NCBI GenBank assembly: GCA_048213135.1
Contig: PS015178.1
Coordinates: forward strand, 57,950-93,175
DNA length: 35,226 nucleotides
DNA from: Reclinomonas americana ATCC 50394
Taxonomy: Eukaryota
Direction: 5' to 3'
The translations under genes and the position numbers were made by a program. The notes under the pieces were generated by a model, which did no database searches, was not told the origin of the DNA, and worked only from the letters and a program-made list of their open reading frames with translations. Below, piece after piece: positions 35,192 to 35,226 of this stretch; within the stretch, counting starts at the first letter, position 1; every line of letters begins with the position of its first letter.

Positions 35192-35226
35192 CTGTGTCAC
35201 ACACGGCGATGTGAGACAATCAAACT

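Noticed and set aside
1-35226. Alternative genetic code, selenocysteine or stop readthrough
   Set aside because: In-frame stops in the ORF track are explained by introns, and TAA, TAG and TGA all appear as terminal stops in the gene models.
1-35226. Transposons, rRNA, tRNA and prokaryotic defence systems
   Set aside because: No transposase/RT/integrase motifs, terminal repeats or structural RNA signatures were seen, and the window is clearly intron-rich eukaryotic DNA.

Overview
Gene-dense eukaryotic, protist-like genomic DNA with GC-rich exons, many short (mostly about 60-80 nt) spliceosomal introns, CT/GT/AG microsatellites and five N-gaps. The raw ORF track fragments nearly every gene, so I built the models by hand from splice sites and reading phase. 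Genes in order: 3' exon of an unknown gene (+); hypothetical protein (-); a large PPKL/BSU1-like PPP pseudophosphatase + EF-hand + Pro-rich + RhoGAP-like fusion (+); mitochondrial ribosomal protein uS5m (-); hypothetical protein with possible PsbP/Mog1-like repeats (+); NAPE-PLD-like metallo-beta-lactamase (-); probable CENP-Q/Okp1 (+); ankyrin-repeat protein (-); two tandem DHHC palmitoyltransferases (-); SPT6 (+); a secreted/lumenal GT-A glycosyltransferase (+); 3' end of an unknown gene (-). The most striking signal is a second class of 5' splice site, H|GTTGCG, at about 22 introns in most of the genes. It lacks both -1G and +5G and looks like the ordinary G|GTGCGT donor shifted by one base. 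Other highlights are the double-pseudoenzyme fusion, a duplicated pseudoknot-like element in one of its introns, and head-to-head gene pairs with start codons only 80-86 nt apart. All exon structures and family calls are by eye and recalled motifs; no database search or RNA evidence was available.
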